DNA of 61,356 nucleotides from Chloroflexota bacterium (GTDB lineage: Bacteria > Chloroflexota > Chloroflexia > QHBQ01), in the NCBI GenBank assembly GCA_043754535.1, contig JAYUUN010000010.1, positions 1 through 61,356 on the forward strand. The letters run 5' to 3'. This document shows positions 16,517-26,780 of the stretch, one piece after another. Each line of letters begins with the position of its first letter. The first letter of the stretch is position 1. The position numbers were made by a program, and so were the translations under genes. The notes under the pieces are model-generated. The model searched no databases, was not told the origin of the DNA, and saw only the letters and a list, made by a program, of their open reading frames with translations.

Positions 16517-17206
16517 TTACCGCTCTACCACGATCATGTCTGCCACCTGCACACAGTGGCGGGCAAAGTAGCCAGTGTTCGCCTCCAAAGCATAGCGGTA
16601 GTCGCTCTTAGGGCCATGTTGGGTCTGGTCATCGAAGGGAGCCATCTCCTGAATGTCAATGATCGTGCCGTTTTGGTCAATGAAGGCGATTGCCAGCGGC
16701 AAGGCCGTGTTCTCCATCCAGAAGGTGTCGCTAGTCGGCTGGCCGAAGTCGAACAGCATCCCATGATCGTCGGCCATTGCGGTGCGCCCCATCAGCCCAA
16801 TCTGCTGCTCCTGCCCGCTAAGGGCGAGTTCCACCGTCATCGTCAGGCTGCGTTCGCCCTGCGAGCCACGCAGGAAGCGCAGGGTTGCTAGCTTCAATCC
16901 CTCCTGTGGCGCAACCAGCACAGGCGTGGCGGTCGAGCCAGCGATGGGTACGACGGTTGCCTGCAACGGCTTGACCACGCATTGGAAGCTCGCCACTGTG
17001 GGTCGGCTTACTACAGTCGCTGGCTGCCTGGCCGTCGTAGTCGTTGGTTGGTTGGCTAGCGCAGTCGCGGTCGCTTGGCTGCTGGTTGCGGTCAGCATGG
17101 CGGGCGTTGGTGGCGCAGGGCTGGGGCTGGCTGGGGCCGGGCTGTCGCAGCCCACCCCAGTTAGCAGCAGGCCGACAGTCAGCAAGGCCACCAGTTTGTT
17201 TCGCAA
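16517..17206 (-). CDS. DUF192-domain lipoprotein
   Basis: Lipobox-like LTGVGC; GLMGR..GMLFDF..FWMENTALPLAIAFID, YALEANTG; TTG start inferred from RBS. Confidence 0.8.
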   Translation of the reverse strand: MRNKLVALLTVGLLLTGVGCDSPAPASPSPAPPTPAMLTATSSQATATALANQPTTTTARQPATVVSRPTVASFQCVVKPLQATVVPIAGSTATPVLVAPQEGLKLATLRFLRGSQGERSLTMTVELALSGQEQQIGLMGRTAMADDHGMLFDFGQPTSDTFWMENTALPLAIAFIDQNGTIIDIQEMAPFDDQTQHGPKSDYRYALEANTGYFARHCVQVADMIVVER

Positions 17207-17228
17207 GCTCTTTCCCCTTCCAGCTAGA

Positions 17229-18074
17229 CTACTGCGGATTGACTGTTGGTGGCGGGTCGATCTTGATTGCGGCGTTGAAGTCGCTGAAGGTCGTCTCCAC
17301 ACGGGTGCGGATCGCCTGCGCCGAACCAGGTAGGCTCAGGTCGAGCAGCACCTTGCGCTCCAGGTTGTCCGCCTTGCCAATCCAGGCTTCCACGGCGATG
17401 CTGCTACTGCCTGCCAGGCCGCCGAGGTCGCTGCCGCTCAAGTTGAGCTTCAGGTGATAGCAAGCCACCCCCGCGACCTGCTCATCAGCCAACAGCACCG
17501 CATCCTTGTAGTAGCCAGCGTAGTCCCCCAGCGGCTTGTTGGGGTTGATCAGCACGCTGCCAAGCTGTGGCTGGTCGGTCTTGACCCAGGTACTGCCGCC
17601 CGCCTGCTTGAAGTAAGTGTCATTAGCAATCACGATGTAGTCACCCACGGTCGCTCCCGCCAGCGTGTAGCGGTCGGGCCGCACGATCTCCCCGCGCAAG
17701 TCGAGATTAGTCGGCCCCTTGCTGCCTGGTAGGTTGTCGAAGCTGGCTCGCATCACATACCGCAGGCTGGTCAGCTTGTCCTGCGCGGCATCGGCAGCCG
17801 CCAGGATGCTCTTTGCATCGGCAGTCGCCAGCCCCAATGTTGCGCTGCCCCCCCTCGGCTGCAACAGCAGGTAGCCTAGACCAGCGGCCAGCAGCAGCCC
17901 CACCACCGTCAGTCCCAGCAGCAGTCCCACGCCCGGCCCGCGCCGACCGCCAGCAGGGGGATAGAATGGCGGCTGGTACGCTGGCGACTGGTGGGTGGAT
18001 GGCACCTCGTCCATTGCTGAGGGTGGGGTTGGCGTATCTGGCTGCTCACCCTCTGGGTAGTGGTTGCCTCTCAT
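17229..18074 (-). CDS. Membrane-anchored LolA/LppX-LprAFG-like protein
   Basis: Single TM followed by a beta-rich domain ending EAWIGKAD..TTFSDFNAAIKIDPP. Confidence 0.6.
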   Translation of the reverse strand: MRGNHYPEGEQPDTPTPPSAMDEVPSTHQSPAYQPPFYPPAGGRRGPGVGLLLGLTVVGLLLAAGLGYLLLQPRGGSATLGLATADAKSILAAADAAQDKLTSLRYVMRASFDNLPGSKGPTNLDLRGEIVRPDRYTLAGATVGDYIVIANDTYFKQAGGSTWVKTDQPQLGSVLINPNKPLGDYAGYYKDAVLLADEQVAGVACYHLKLNLSGSDLGGLAGSSSIAVEAWIGKADNLERKVLLDLSLPGSAQAIRTRVETTFSDFNAAIKIDPPPTVNPQ

Positions 18075-18095
18075 CTGCTTCTTTCTAGCAACTTC

Positions 18096-18174
18096 AGGGC
18101 GGTAAGCACGCTGCCAGTGCATTGGCAGCGCGGATCAGCAGTACCGGTTTGCTGGCAGCGTGCTTACCCGCCCT
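18096..18174. other. Long stem-loop immediately downstream of nuoN
   Basis: GGTAAGCACGCTGCCAG / CTGGCAGCGTGCTTACC inverted repeat; no U-tract. Confidence 0.5.
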
Positions 18175-19768
18175 ACTTGACCATCTGTGACACACCATCC
18201 GCTGCCGCCTTGAACACGTTGCTAGTAAAGTTAGTCACCGGGCCGATGAGGAAGAAGAACACGACGGTCAATACCGCCGATAGCACCAGGCTGCCGACGA
18301 TCAGGCCCGCGCCAGGGCGGAGCAGGCTGGCAGTATTGTTGGCCCGCGCCTGGGTGGCTGCAACCGCACGTGGGTGGCTGGGGTCGCGGAAGTACATATA
18401 CCAGATTATCCGCACGTAGAAGAAGGCAGCTACTGCGCTGTTCAATGCGCCAACCACCGCCAGCCAGGTCAGGTCAGCACGGATCGCAGCGATGAACACG
18501 TAGTATTTGGCGAAGAAGCCGACTGTCGGCGGAATGCCCATTAGCGAGATCAGGCAGAAGGTCATTACCACCGCCATCCCTGGCGACCACTGCGAGAGGC
18601 CGCTGAAGTCGTCCAACTCCTCGCCCAAACCCTGATGCTGCAACCAGACGATCAGGCCGAACGCGCCCATGTTCATGAAGGTGTAGGCGAAGCTGTAGAA
18701 CATCACGCTGCTAACCGCCCCAGTGTCCGTTCCCGGCTTGAAGGCAGCCAGGCCGATCAGAATGTAGCCCGTGTGCGCGATGCTGGAATAGGCCAGCATC
18801 CTCTTGACATTGCGTTGGGCCACGCCCACTATGTTGCCGAGGGTCATGGTCAGCACACTGAGGACGGCAATCACCGGCACCCACACCTGCCAGGCCGCGC
18901 CCATCCCCTGCACCAGGATGCGGATCATCGCGGCGAAGGCTGCTGCCTTTGGAGCCACCGACATGAAGGCGGTCATCGGCGTGGGCGCGCCCTGGTAAGC
19001 GTCTGGTGTCCACATATGGAAGGGGACGGCTGCAATCTTGAAGGCCAGGCCCGCGACCAACAGCAGCACCGCCAGGGTGAGCAGCGTGTTGGCGGTCGCC
19101 CCACCCACGCCGATCAGGCCGCCCATCTTGGCCGCAATCTGGAAGATATTGGTCGAGCCAGTCAGCCCATACGTCCAGGTCATGCCATAAACCAGGATCG
19201 AGGTGGCGAAGATACCGAGCAGGAAGTATTTGAGGCCCGCTTCGTTGCCCCGCTTGTCGTTGCGCGCCCAACCAGTCAAGATATAGGTGGAGAGCGAGGA
19301 GAGTTCGATCCCCACAAAGATGGTGATCAGGTCGGTGCCACTGGCGACCACCATCATGCCCGCCGTCGCCATCAGCAGCACACAGTAGTATTCGCCGAGC
19401 GGCATCCCGAACTCCTCAATGAAGGTAGCCGAGAGCAACACCGCCAGGATTGCACTGCTGAGGAAGATAATCTTGAAGAAGTTAGCCAGGTCATCTACTA
19501 TTACCAGCCCGCAGGTGGCCTGGTGCGCCGTGTCGCAGTTGGATGGGCTGATGAAGGTAAAGTGGTTCTGGCCGAAGTAGAAGAAGACGGAGACCAACGC
19601 CGCCCCCAGCCCAACCAGGGCGAGGCCAGTCAGCACCGGCCTGCGCTGCTCCTTCTTGAGGAACAACTCGGTGATCAGAATCACAATGCCCATCACCATC
19701 ACAATCAACTCTGGCAGCACCACCATAAGGTCGGCTGAAGGTGTGGCTATTTGTGCAGGTACGTTCAT
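18173..19768 (-). CDS. nuoN: NADH-quinone oxidoreductase subunit N
   Basis: EAGLKYFLLG, FKIAAVPFHMWTPDAYQGAPTP, KRMLAYSSIAH. Confidence 0.95.
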   Translation of the reverse strand: MNVPAQIATPSADLMVVLPELIVMVMGIVILITELFLKKEQRRPVLTGLALVGLGAALVSVFFYFGQNHFTFISPSNCDTAHQATCGLVIVDDLANFFKIIFLSSAILAVLLSATFIEEFGMPLGEYYCVLLMATAGMMVVASGTDLITIFVGIELSSLSTYILTGWARNDKRGNEAGLKYFLLGIFATSILVYGMTWTYGLTGSTNIFQIAAKMGGLIGVGGATANTLLTLAVLLLVAGLAFKIAAVPFHMWTPDAYQGAPTPMTAFMSVAPKAAAFAAMIRILVQGMGAAWQVWVPVIAVLSVLTMTLGNIVGVAQRNVKRMLAYSSIAHTGYILIGLAAFKPGTDTGAVSSVMFYSFAYTFMNMGAFGLIVWLQHQGLGEELDDFSGLSQWSPGMAVVMTFCLISLMGIPPTVGFFAKYYVFIAAIRADLTWLAVVGALNSAVAAFFYVRIIWYMYFRDPSHPRAVAATQARANNTASLLRPGAGLIVGSLVLSAVLTVVFFFLIGPVTNFTSNVFKAAADGVSQMVK

Positions 19769-19901
19769 GCGTTTTCTTTCCCTCTCCTCTTTGCAGTCTG
19801 CTGCCCCAACTGGTTTATGTCCGTGCAAACAAACTCAATCGCAATCTCATGTTGGCAGTATTGTTGGTGCGCCCCCTGCCAGTCTGCTGCCCATCGTGGG
19901 C

Positions 19902-21521
19902 TTAGCGGCCTACCACCTGCATCAGCCAGGCCAGCACTGGTATCTGCTCGTGCGAGTTGACCAGGGCGGTTGCCGCTTGCTGGCTGGCTAGCATCAGGTT
20001 TGCGTCGGGCTGGGCGATAGTCTGGAACAGGGGGAGTGGGTAGACCCCCATGCCGATTGCCAGCACCACCAGGGTGATGATGCCCATCGCCTCGTGCAGG
20101 CGCAGGTCGGGGAAGCCCTCCGAGCTTGCCTTCGGCTTGCTGAAGACCGCCCGCTGGAACATCCACATCAGATAGAAGGGGGCGATGATGATCACGATGC
20201 TGGCGATGGCAGCCACAAAGGGCGCGTAGTTGAATGCACCGAGGAAGACGAGGAACTCGCCGAGGAAGCCGCTGATCCCCGGCAAGCCGAGGCTACCGAG
20301 CATCAGCACCCCGAACATAGCCGCGTAGATCGGCATTCGGTAGGCCATGCCGCCCATCGCCGCAATGTCGCGGGTGTGCAGCCGCTCGTAGACCACGCCG
20401 ACGCAGAAGAACAGACCGCCAGTCAACAGCCCGTGGCTGACCATCTGCAACACCGCGCCGTCGATGCCTTGTTGGGTAAAGGTGAACAGGCCCAGCACCA
20501 CAAATCCCATGTGGCTGACCGATGAGTAGGCCACCAGCTTCTTGAGGTCGGGCTGTACCAGGCTGACCAGTGCGCCGTAGATGATAGCGATCAGGCTGAG
20601 GGCGATCATCAAGCCCTGGAAGGTGGCTGCGCCAATCGGGGCTAGCGGGATAGCGAAGCGCAAGAAGCCGTAGCCGCCCAGCTTGAGCAGCGTCCCAGCC
20701 AGGATCACGCTGCCCGCCGTCGGGGCCTGCACGTGCGCGTCTGGCAACCAGGTGTGCAGCGGCCAGAGCGGTACCTTGATTGCAAACGCCCCCGCGAAGC
20801 CGAGGAAGATCAGGTTCTGGAATGTTGTCCCCAACGCCCCACCCAATCCCCCGTTCTGACCACTGACGACCCCCTGCATGATGCGGGTGAGAGTTGGCAG
20901 GTCGGTGGTGGCAACCCCACCGTTAGCCCCTGCACTGGCGATATAGAGTGCGATGATCGCCACCAGCATCAGTACGCTGCCCACCAGGGTGTAGAGGAAG
21001 AACTTGACCGCCGCATAAACGCGGTTCTGGCTGCCCCAGATGCCGATCAGCAGAGCCATCGGGATTAGCACCAGTTCAAAGTAGATGTAGAACAGGAACA
21101 GGTCGAGCGAGGTGAACACGCCCAGGGTGCCGACTTGTAGCAGCAGCAGCACCACGTGATACTCGCGCAGCCGCGTTTGGATGCTGCTCCAGCCCGCCAG
21201 CACCGCGATGATCGAGAGCAGGGTGGTTAGTTGCACCAGCAGCAGGCCCACGCCGTCGATGCCCACGTGGTAGTTGATGCCAAATGCCTTAATCCAGGGC
21301 GTGTTCGCCTCAAACTGCCAGCTTTGGTTCACCCCCGCCGTCTGCGCCCGGCTGTCGAATAGGAAGATTAGGGGCAAGCCGACCACGAAATCCACTATCG
21401 CCACCCCCAGGGTAAACACGCGGATTGCATTGCCCTTGACGATGCCGGGGATTGACACGATGACCGCACCCAGGGCCGGGATGGCAATCAGGATGGTCAA
21501 AATCAGGTTGTTGAAGTTCAC
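19902..21521 (-). CDS. nuoM: NADH-quinone oxidoreductase subunit M
   Basis: AIKVPLWPLHTWLPDAHVQAPT, KLVAYSSVSHMG. Confidence 0.95.
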   Translation of the reverse strand: MNFNNLILTILIAIPALGAVIVSIPGIVKGNAIRVFTLGVAIVDFVVGLPLIFLFDSRAQTAGVNQSWQFEANTPWIKAFGINYHVGIDGVGLLLVQLTTLLSIIAVLAGWSSIQTRLREYHVVLLLLQVGTLGVFTSLDLFLFYIYFELVLIPMALLIGIWGSQNRVYAAVKFFLYTLVGSVLMLVAIIALYIASAGANGGVATTDLPTLTRIMQGVVSGQNGGLGGALGTTFQNLIFLGFAGAFAIKVPLWPLHTWLPDAHVQAPTAGSVILAGTLLKLGGYGFLRFAIPLAPIGAATFQGLMIALSLIAIIYGALVSLVQPDLKKLVAYSSVSHMGFVVLGLFTFTQQGIDGAVLQMVSHGLLTGGLFFCVGVVYERLHTRDIAAMGGMAYRMPIYAAMFGVLMLGSLGLPGISGFLGEFLVFLGAFNYAPFVAAIASIVIIIAPFYLMWMFQRAVFSKPKASSEGFPDLRLHEAMGIITLVVLAIGMGVYPLPLFQTIAQPDANLMLASQQAATALVNSHEQIPVLAWLMQVVGR

Positions 21522-21538
21522 GTTTTCTCTCCTACCTG

Positions 21539-21614
21539 CTCCCCTCCTCCCTCGCAGGGGAGGGGTTGGGGGTGGGGGCTAACTTGTTCTTGCTCCCTGG
21601 GGGAGGGGTGCGGG
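21539..21614. repeat. REP-like C/G-run palindromic element
   Basis: CCCCTCCTCCCTCGCAGGGGAGGGG...; similar elements near 9563, 27470-27555, 33495, 36517 and 57068. Confidence 0.45.
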
Positions 21615-23792
21615 TTAGCGCACGAAGCCGAGGGCCAGCAGCCCGACGTAGGTGACGAGTACCAGCAGGCCGAAGGCGATTGCCAGCGAGTAGGTGCCGA
21701 CGAACCCGGTCTGCACCTTGCGTAGCCCTGCGCCCATGCCCGCGACGATGCGCGAGATGCCGTTCACTGCGCCGTCAATGATGTTTGCGTCGCCCCACCA
21801 GCTACCGTTGGCGATCCGCTTCACGTTGTTGACGATGGCCCACTGGTAGAGGTCGTCGAAGTACCACTTGTTGAGCAGCAGGTTGTAGACCGGCTTGAAG
21901 CGCGCACCTAGCGTCTCCGCCAGGGTGCTGCGCCGCCCGTACATGAAGTAGGCCAGGCCGATACCAGCTAGGGCGACGACCGTTGCCGCTACCAGCAGGC
22001 TGATCGTCTCTGTGGTCAGCCCAGCCGCCGCCTCCGCCGCGATTGGCTCGTTCATCGCCCCCGCCAGGAAGCTGTGGATCGCGCCCGCTTCTGGCGGCCA
22101 GCCAAGCAGGAAGCCCAGCACTACCGTTGGCACTGCCAACACCAGCAGCGGCAGCGTCATGTTCCAGGGCGACTCGTGGGGGTCGCCGTGCGCGCCATGT
22201 GCGTCGCCACCGTGTGCGTCGGCGGCCACGCTCGCCTCCGCCAGGTCTCCGCTGTGGCCGCTAGTTGCTGGTGGGGTACCGTGCGCGTCGGCAGCATGGC
22301 CCACGCTCTGGCCGCTGGCCCGCTCTGCGGTCGTACTCTGGTCGGCAGCCTGGTTCGCCACCGCCAGCGTGGTGCGCCAGCGTGGTTGACCCTCAAAGAC
22401 GATGAAGTAGAGGCGGAACATATAGAAGGCGGTCATGAAGCTGCCGAGCGTCAGCAGCCCCCAGGTGGCGTAACCGATGATGCCGCCGCCGTGGAAGGCT
22501 GCGCCCGTGATCTCGTCCTTGCTGAAGAAGCCCGCCAGCGGCACCACGCCCGCGTTCGCCAACGCCGCCAGCAGGAAGGTGATGCTGGTAATCGGCATGA
22601 ACTTGCGGATGCCACCCATCGTGCGGATGTCCTGCGGGTCGCGCACACCGGTGTTCTCCATGCCGTGGATTACCGAGCCGCTGCCCAGGAACAACAGCCC
22701 CTTGAACATAGCGTGCGTCGCCAGGTGGAACAGAGCCGCGATGATCGCCCCTACGCCCAGGCCCGCGAACATATAGCCTAGCTGGCTGATGGTGGAGTAG
22801 GCAACGATCTTCTTGATGTCGGTCTGTACCAGGGCGATAGTTGCGCCCAGCAGTGCCGTCGTCACGCCGATGATCGTCACCGCTGGCAGGACACCGGGGG
22901 CTAGTTCGAACAGCGGGTGGGCGCGGGCGACCAGGTACACGCCCGCCGTGACCATCGTCGCCGCATGGATCAGGGCAGAAACGGGGGTCGGGCCTTCCAT
23001 CGCGTCAGGCAGCCAGACGTGCAGGGGGAACTGCGCCGACTTGCCCATTGCGCCGAGGAACAGCAGACCGCAGATCACGGTTAGCGTGGTTGCGCCGATG
23101 CTATCCGCTTTGGCGAACACGTTGGTGTAGTCGAGGTTGCCCAGCGTCCAGAACAGCAGCATGATGCCCAGGCTGAAGCCGAAGTCGCCCACGCGGTTGA
23201 CGATGAAGGCCTTCTTGGCCGCGTCGCCTGCGCTCTTGCGCGTGTACCAGAAGCCGATCAGCAAGAACGAGCAGAGGCCCACCGCCTCCCAAAAGATGTA
23301 GAGTTGCAGGAAGTTGTTTGCCAGCACCAGCATCAGCATACTAAAGACGAACAGTGGCAGGTAGGTGAAGAAGCGCACGAAGCCGCTATCTACCGGGTTG
23401 TGTTCGTCGTCGTGGGCCATATAGCCGCTGGAATAGAGATGCACCAGGGTGCCAACCGAGGTGACCACCAACAGCATCAGCGCGGTTAGCTGGTCAACAT
23501 AGAAGCCCATAGCCACCTTGAAGCTACCTGAGTCGATGAACTGGTAGCCCTCTACGTTGTGGTTGCTGTCAAAGAGGCTGACGTTGAGGAAGACCAGCAC
23601 GCTGAGGATGAACGACCCCAGGACGAGGCCACCCGCGATGTACGCCCCCAGCAGCCGCGCCTTCGGCTGGTGCGCGTGTGCGTCCTTGTCAGCCTTCTCG
23701 AACAGCTTGCCAAAGATGCCATTGACCAGGAAGGCCAACAGCGGCAAGATGGGGATTAGCCTGACTACCCATTCCATTGTTCCGCGATCCAT
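21615..23792 (-). CDS. nuoL: NADH-quinone oxidoreductase subunit L
   Basis: KAFIVNRVGDFG, GKSAQFPLHVWLPDAMEGPTPVSALIHAATMV. Confidence 0.96.
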   Translation of the reverse strand: MDRGTMEWVVRLIPILPLLAFLVNGIFGKLFEKADKDAHAHQPKARLLGAYIAGGLVLGSFILSVLVFLNVSLFDSNHNVEGYQFIDSGSFKVAMGFYVDQLTALMLLVVTSVGTLVHLYSSGYMAHDDEHNPVDSGFVRFFTYLPLFVFSMLMLVLANNFLQLYIFWEAVGLCSFLLIGFWYTRKSAGDAAKKAFIVNRVGDFGFSLGIMLLFWTLGNLDYTNVFAKADSIGATTLTVICGLLFLGAMGKSAQFPLHVWLPDAMEGPTPVSALIHAATMVTAGVYLVARAHPLFELAPGVLPAVTIIGVTTALLGATIALVQTDIKKIVAYSTISQLGYMFAGLGVGAIIAALFHLATHAMFKGLLFLGSGSVIHGMENTGVRDPQDIRTMGGIRKFMPITSITFLLAALANAGVVPLAGFFSKDEITGAAFHGGGIIGYATWGLLTLGSFMTAFYMFRLYFIVFEGQPRWRTTLAVANQAADQSTTAERASGQSVGHAADAHGTPPATSGHSGDLAEASVAADAHGGDAHGAHGDPHESPWNMTLPLLVLAVPTVVLGFLLGWPPEAGAIHSFLAGAMNEPIAAEAAAGLTTETISLLVAATVVALAGIGLAYFMYGRRSTLAETLGARFKPVYNLLLNKWYFDDLYQWAIVNNVKRIANGSWWGDANIIDGAVNGISRIVAGMGAGLRKVQTGFVGTYSLAIAFGLLVLVTYVGLLALGFVR

Positions 23793-23847
23793 GCTCTCTC
23801 CTCCGCCTTTCGCTCATCATCCATCATCCAGTGTTCCACTGCAATGT

Positions 23848-24678
23848 TCATGCCCCTGGTGGCTTGCGAGCAATCACGTTAGCGAACTGCTGTTGACCAA
23901 CTTCCTCCTGCCTCATCAGCACCGAATTGACCAACCCCACATACAGCCGCTCAACCTCAATTTCTTCCACGCCAAGTACCTTGTTGATCATCCCTCGTGC
24001 GTTGTACATTGCGCCCACGGTAACGGCAAACATAACTTGCCCAGCCTGACTCTGCCCCCCAAGCGCATAGACCTCGGTCTCTTGCCTGACCTGTTCGTAG
24101 CCAGCCGCCGCAAGCAAGCCAGGTAGCTCCCCCCCGATGTTGGGGCGCACCCCGATGGTCGTCATCGCCTTACCCATCAACTGGTACAACTCCTTCAGAT
24201 TAGGCTCGTCGGTGAGTTCAATAGCCTGGGTGCTACCTTCCTTCGCCCAGAAGTAGCCACCAGGATTAAGGGCGGCAAAGACGTTGCCAACCACCTTCTC
24301 TGGCTGGCGGGTGTGCAGCAAGATGAGGGAAGCGTAGACCAGATCGTATGGCCCCCCTGCTAGCTGCTGCTCCACGTCGCCAACGATGAACTGGCAGTTA
24401 TCCAGCTTGCGCTCGGCAGCCTTCGCCTGTGCCTTGCCGATCGCCTTGGGGTCGCGGTCGATCCCCACCAGTCTCGCTTCTGGGTAGACCTCACGCAGAG
24501 CGAAGCCCAGTTGCCCCTCGCCACAACCCAGGTCTAGGATGCTACGTACGTTGTCGCCAACGAAGTGCTGGGCATTGCTGCGGATGTACTCGCTGAACAG
24601 GCGCGTCTGCGTCTCCAAGCGATAGCGGTCGGTCTCGTCGTCGCCGAAGATGTAGGGGTTGTTGACTGGCTCTGGCAC
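23848..24678 (-). CDS. Class I SAM-dependent methyltransferase (paralog 3)
   Basis: ILDLGCGEG motif I, LVGID, YDLVYA, ALNPGG. Confidence 0.88.
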   Translation of the reverse strand: MPEPVNNPYIFGDDETDRYRLETQTRLFSEYIRSNAQHFVGDNVRSILDLGCGEGQLGFALREVYPEARLVGIDRDPKAIGKAQAKAAERKLDNCQFIVGDVEQQLAGGPYDLVYASLILLHTRQPEKVVGNVFAALNPGGYFWAKEGSTQAIELTDEPNLKELYQLMGKAMTTIGVRPNIGGELPGLLAAAGYEQVRQETEVYALGGQSQAGQVMFAVTVGAMYNARGMINKVLGVEEIEVERLYVGLVNSVLMRQEEVGQQQFANVIARKPPGA

Positions 24679-24689
24679 TTTGCCCTCCT

Positions 24690-25520
24690 CTACTGCGCTG
24701 GTTTGCGGGCGATCACGTTGATGAATGGTGAGTTGCCAATCGGCTGCTCGCGTTGCATCGCCTCGTTGAGGATACCCACGTACATCTGCTCCAACTCGCT
24801 GACTGGCACCCCGTTCATCTTGCTGACCATAGTGCGGGCGTTGTAGAACGCGCCCAGGGTGATCGCCAGCATCACTTGCCCGTCTTTGCTTGATCCGCCA
24901 AAGGGGTAATGCTCAATCTCGCTGTGTAGGCCGCTAAAGCCTGCCGCAGTCAGCAGGGCTGGTATTTCGGTGGCGATGTAAGGATGTACCCCGATCTTCG
25001 CTAGTGTGTCGAAGAACATTGTTGCCAGTTGCAGGTAGTCTGGATTGTCAAACGCCTTGATGATGTCTAGGTGCAAATCCTTGATCCAGATCGTGCCGCC
25101 GCTGCCTAGTGCCTCGTAGGCCAACTTCAGCACCGCAGCCGGTTGCTGGGTGTGGATCATCACCACCGAGGCGTAGATCAGGTCGAACGGCCCGGCTGCT
25201 AGCCCTTGCTGAATATCGCCAACCACAAACTCGCAGTTCTCTAGCCCAGCCTCTTTGGCCTTCAGCCTTGCGCCCGCAATCGCCTGCTCGTTGCGGTCAA
25301 TCCCCACCAAGCGGGCGTTGGGGTAGATTTCGCGCAGAGCAAAACCCAGTTGCCCCTCGCCACAACCGAGATCAAGAATGCTACTCACTTTGTTACCAAC
25401 CAGGCGGTGGACGTTGCTGAGGATGTATTTGCTGAACAGGCGCGTCTGCGTCTCCAAGCGATAGCGGTCGGTCGCGGCGTCGCCGAAGATGTAGGGGTTA
25501 TCGCTCAACGGGTTATCCAC
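24690..25520 (-). CDS. Class I SAM-dependent methyltransferase (paralog 2)
   Basis: ILDLGCGEG, FDLIYA; start overlaps the paralog 1 stop. Confidence 0.88.
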   Translation of the reverse strand: MDNPLSDNPYIFGDAATDRYRLETQTRLFSKYILSNVHRLVGNKVSSILDLGCGEGQLGFALREIYPNARLVGIDRNEQAIAGARLKAKEAGLENCEFVVGDIQQGLAAGPFDLIYASVVMIHTQQPAAVLKLAYEALGSGGTIWIKDLHLDIIKAFDNPDYLQLATMFFDTLAKIGVHPYIATEIPALLTAAGFSGLHSEIEHYPFGGSSKDGQVMLAITLGAFYNARTMVSKMNGVPVSELEQMYVGILNEAMQREQPIGNSPFINVIARKPAQ

Positions 25521-26380
25521 TATGCACTCTCCCGGTTTGGCTGGGCCATCGGCTTGCGCGCGAGCAGGTTCGGCCCAATGTGGCTGCCAACTGCGTCCTG
25601 TCGCCCGATAGCATAGTTGGCAACCTCTACATAGAGCCGCTCTACCTCCGAAACCGATACACCGTTCACTTTGCTCATCAACTGGCGAGCGTTGTAGAAC
25701 GCGCCCAGGGTAATTGCCAGCATCCCCTGCCCCTCTGGGGTTGAGCCACCAAGCGTATACTCCTCTAGCTCAAGGTGAACATCTTCGTAGCCAGCACTCG
25801 CCAGTAGCGGCGGCAGTTCATCGATCACCAGCGGGTGCGAACCAATAGCCTCCAGCGCAGCAAACAGCATATCGCACAACCGCTGGTAGGCCGGGTGGTT
25901 CACGCGCTCACGCAGGCGTGGGTTCAGGTCCTTGACCCACAACTGGCCGCCCGGCGCAAGCTGATCGTAGATCAGTTCTAGCACCCGCCCAGTCTGGCGT
26001 AGATGGAGGAAGATCAGTTCGGCAAACACCAGGTCGAACGGCCCGGCTGGTATTTCCTGTTCCACATCGCCAGTGAAGAAGGCGGTGTTGCTCAGAGCCA
26101 GTTGTGCGGCCTGCCTCTGTGCCTGCTCGATTGCTCGTGCATCCCTGTCGATCCCCACCAGGCTCGCTTCTGGGTAGACCTCGCGCAGAGCGAAACCAAG
26201 CTGCCCCTCGCCGCAACCGAGATCAAGGATGCTCTCTACCTTGTCGCCAACGTAGGCACGGGCATTAGCCTTCATGCGGCTGGCAGAGAGGCGCGCTTGC
26301 GTCACCAAGCGATAGCGGTCGGTCTCCTCATCGCCAAAGATGTAGGGGTTATGGCCGGGGGTCATCTTGCTCTCCTCCAC
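25520..26380 (-). CDS. Class I SAM-dependent methyltransferase (paralog 1)
   Basis: ILDLGCGEG, FDLVFA, QLAPGG. Confidence 0.88.
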   Translation of the reverse strand: MEESKMTPGHNPYIFGDEETDRYRLVTQARLSASRMKANARAYVGDKVESILDLGCGEGQLGFALREVYPEASLVGIDRDARAIEQAQRQAAQLALSNTAFFTGDVEQEIPAGPFDLVFAELIFLHLRQTGRVLELIYDQLAPGGQLWVKDLNPRLRERVNHPAYQRLCDMLFAALEAIGSHPLVIDELPPLLASAGYEDVHLELEEYTLGGSTPEGQGMLAITLGAFYNARQLMSKVNGVSVSEVERLYVEVANYAIGRQDAVGSHIGPNLLARKPMAQPNRESA

Positions 26381-26430
26381 CCTCTTAGGGTAAATCAGGT
26401 TGGTTAGCAGGACTGACCTGCCAGTGGTCG

Positions 26431-26757
26431 CTAGTCCTTCAACTCCTCCACATCCCGCGTGTCCACTGTCGGTTTATTGCGGGCCAGCGCAATGATCAGG
26501 CCCAGGCCAATCGCCGCCTCAGCCGCCGCAATCGTGACCACGAAGATGACGAACATCTGCCCAGTCATCGAGTTGAGGTAGCGGGCGAAGGCCAGCAGGC
26601 TGAGACTGATCGCGTTCATCATCAACTCTACCGACATAAAGATGACCAGCACGTTACGGCGAGTCAACACCCCAACCAGCCCGATGCCAAAAAGGATCGC
26701 GCTGAGGGTGAGGAACCAGGCCAACGGGATAGAAGTGTTTGCAATCTCTCCACTCAT
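26431..26757 (-). CDS. nuoK: NADH-quinone oxidoreductase subunit K
   Basis: RRNVLVIFMSVELMMNA, AAAEAAIGL. Confidence 0.95.
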   Translation of the reverse strand: MSGEIANTSIPLAWFLTLSAILFGIGLVGVLTRRNVLVIFMSVELMMNAISLSLLAFARYLNSMTGQMFVIFVVTIAAAEAAIGLGLIIALARNKPTVDTRDVEELKD

Positions 26758-26780
26758 CTGTGGCTATGCCCTCCTTTGGC

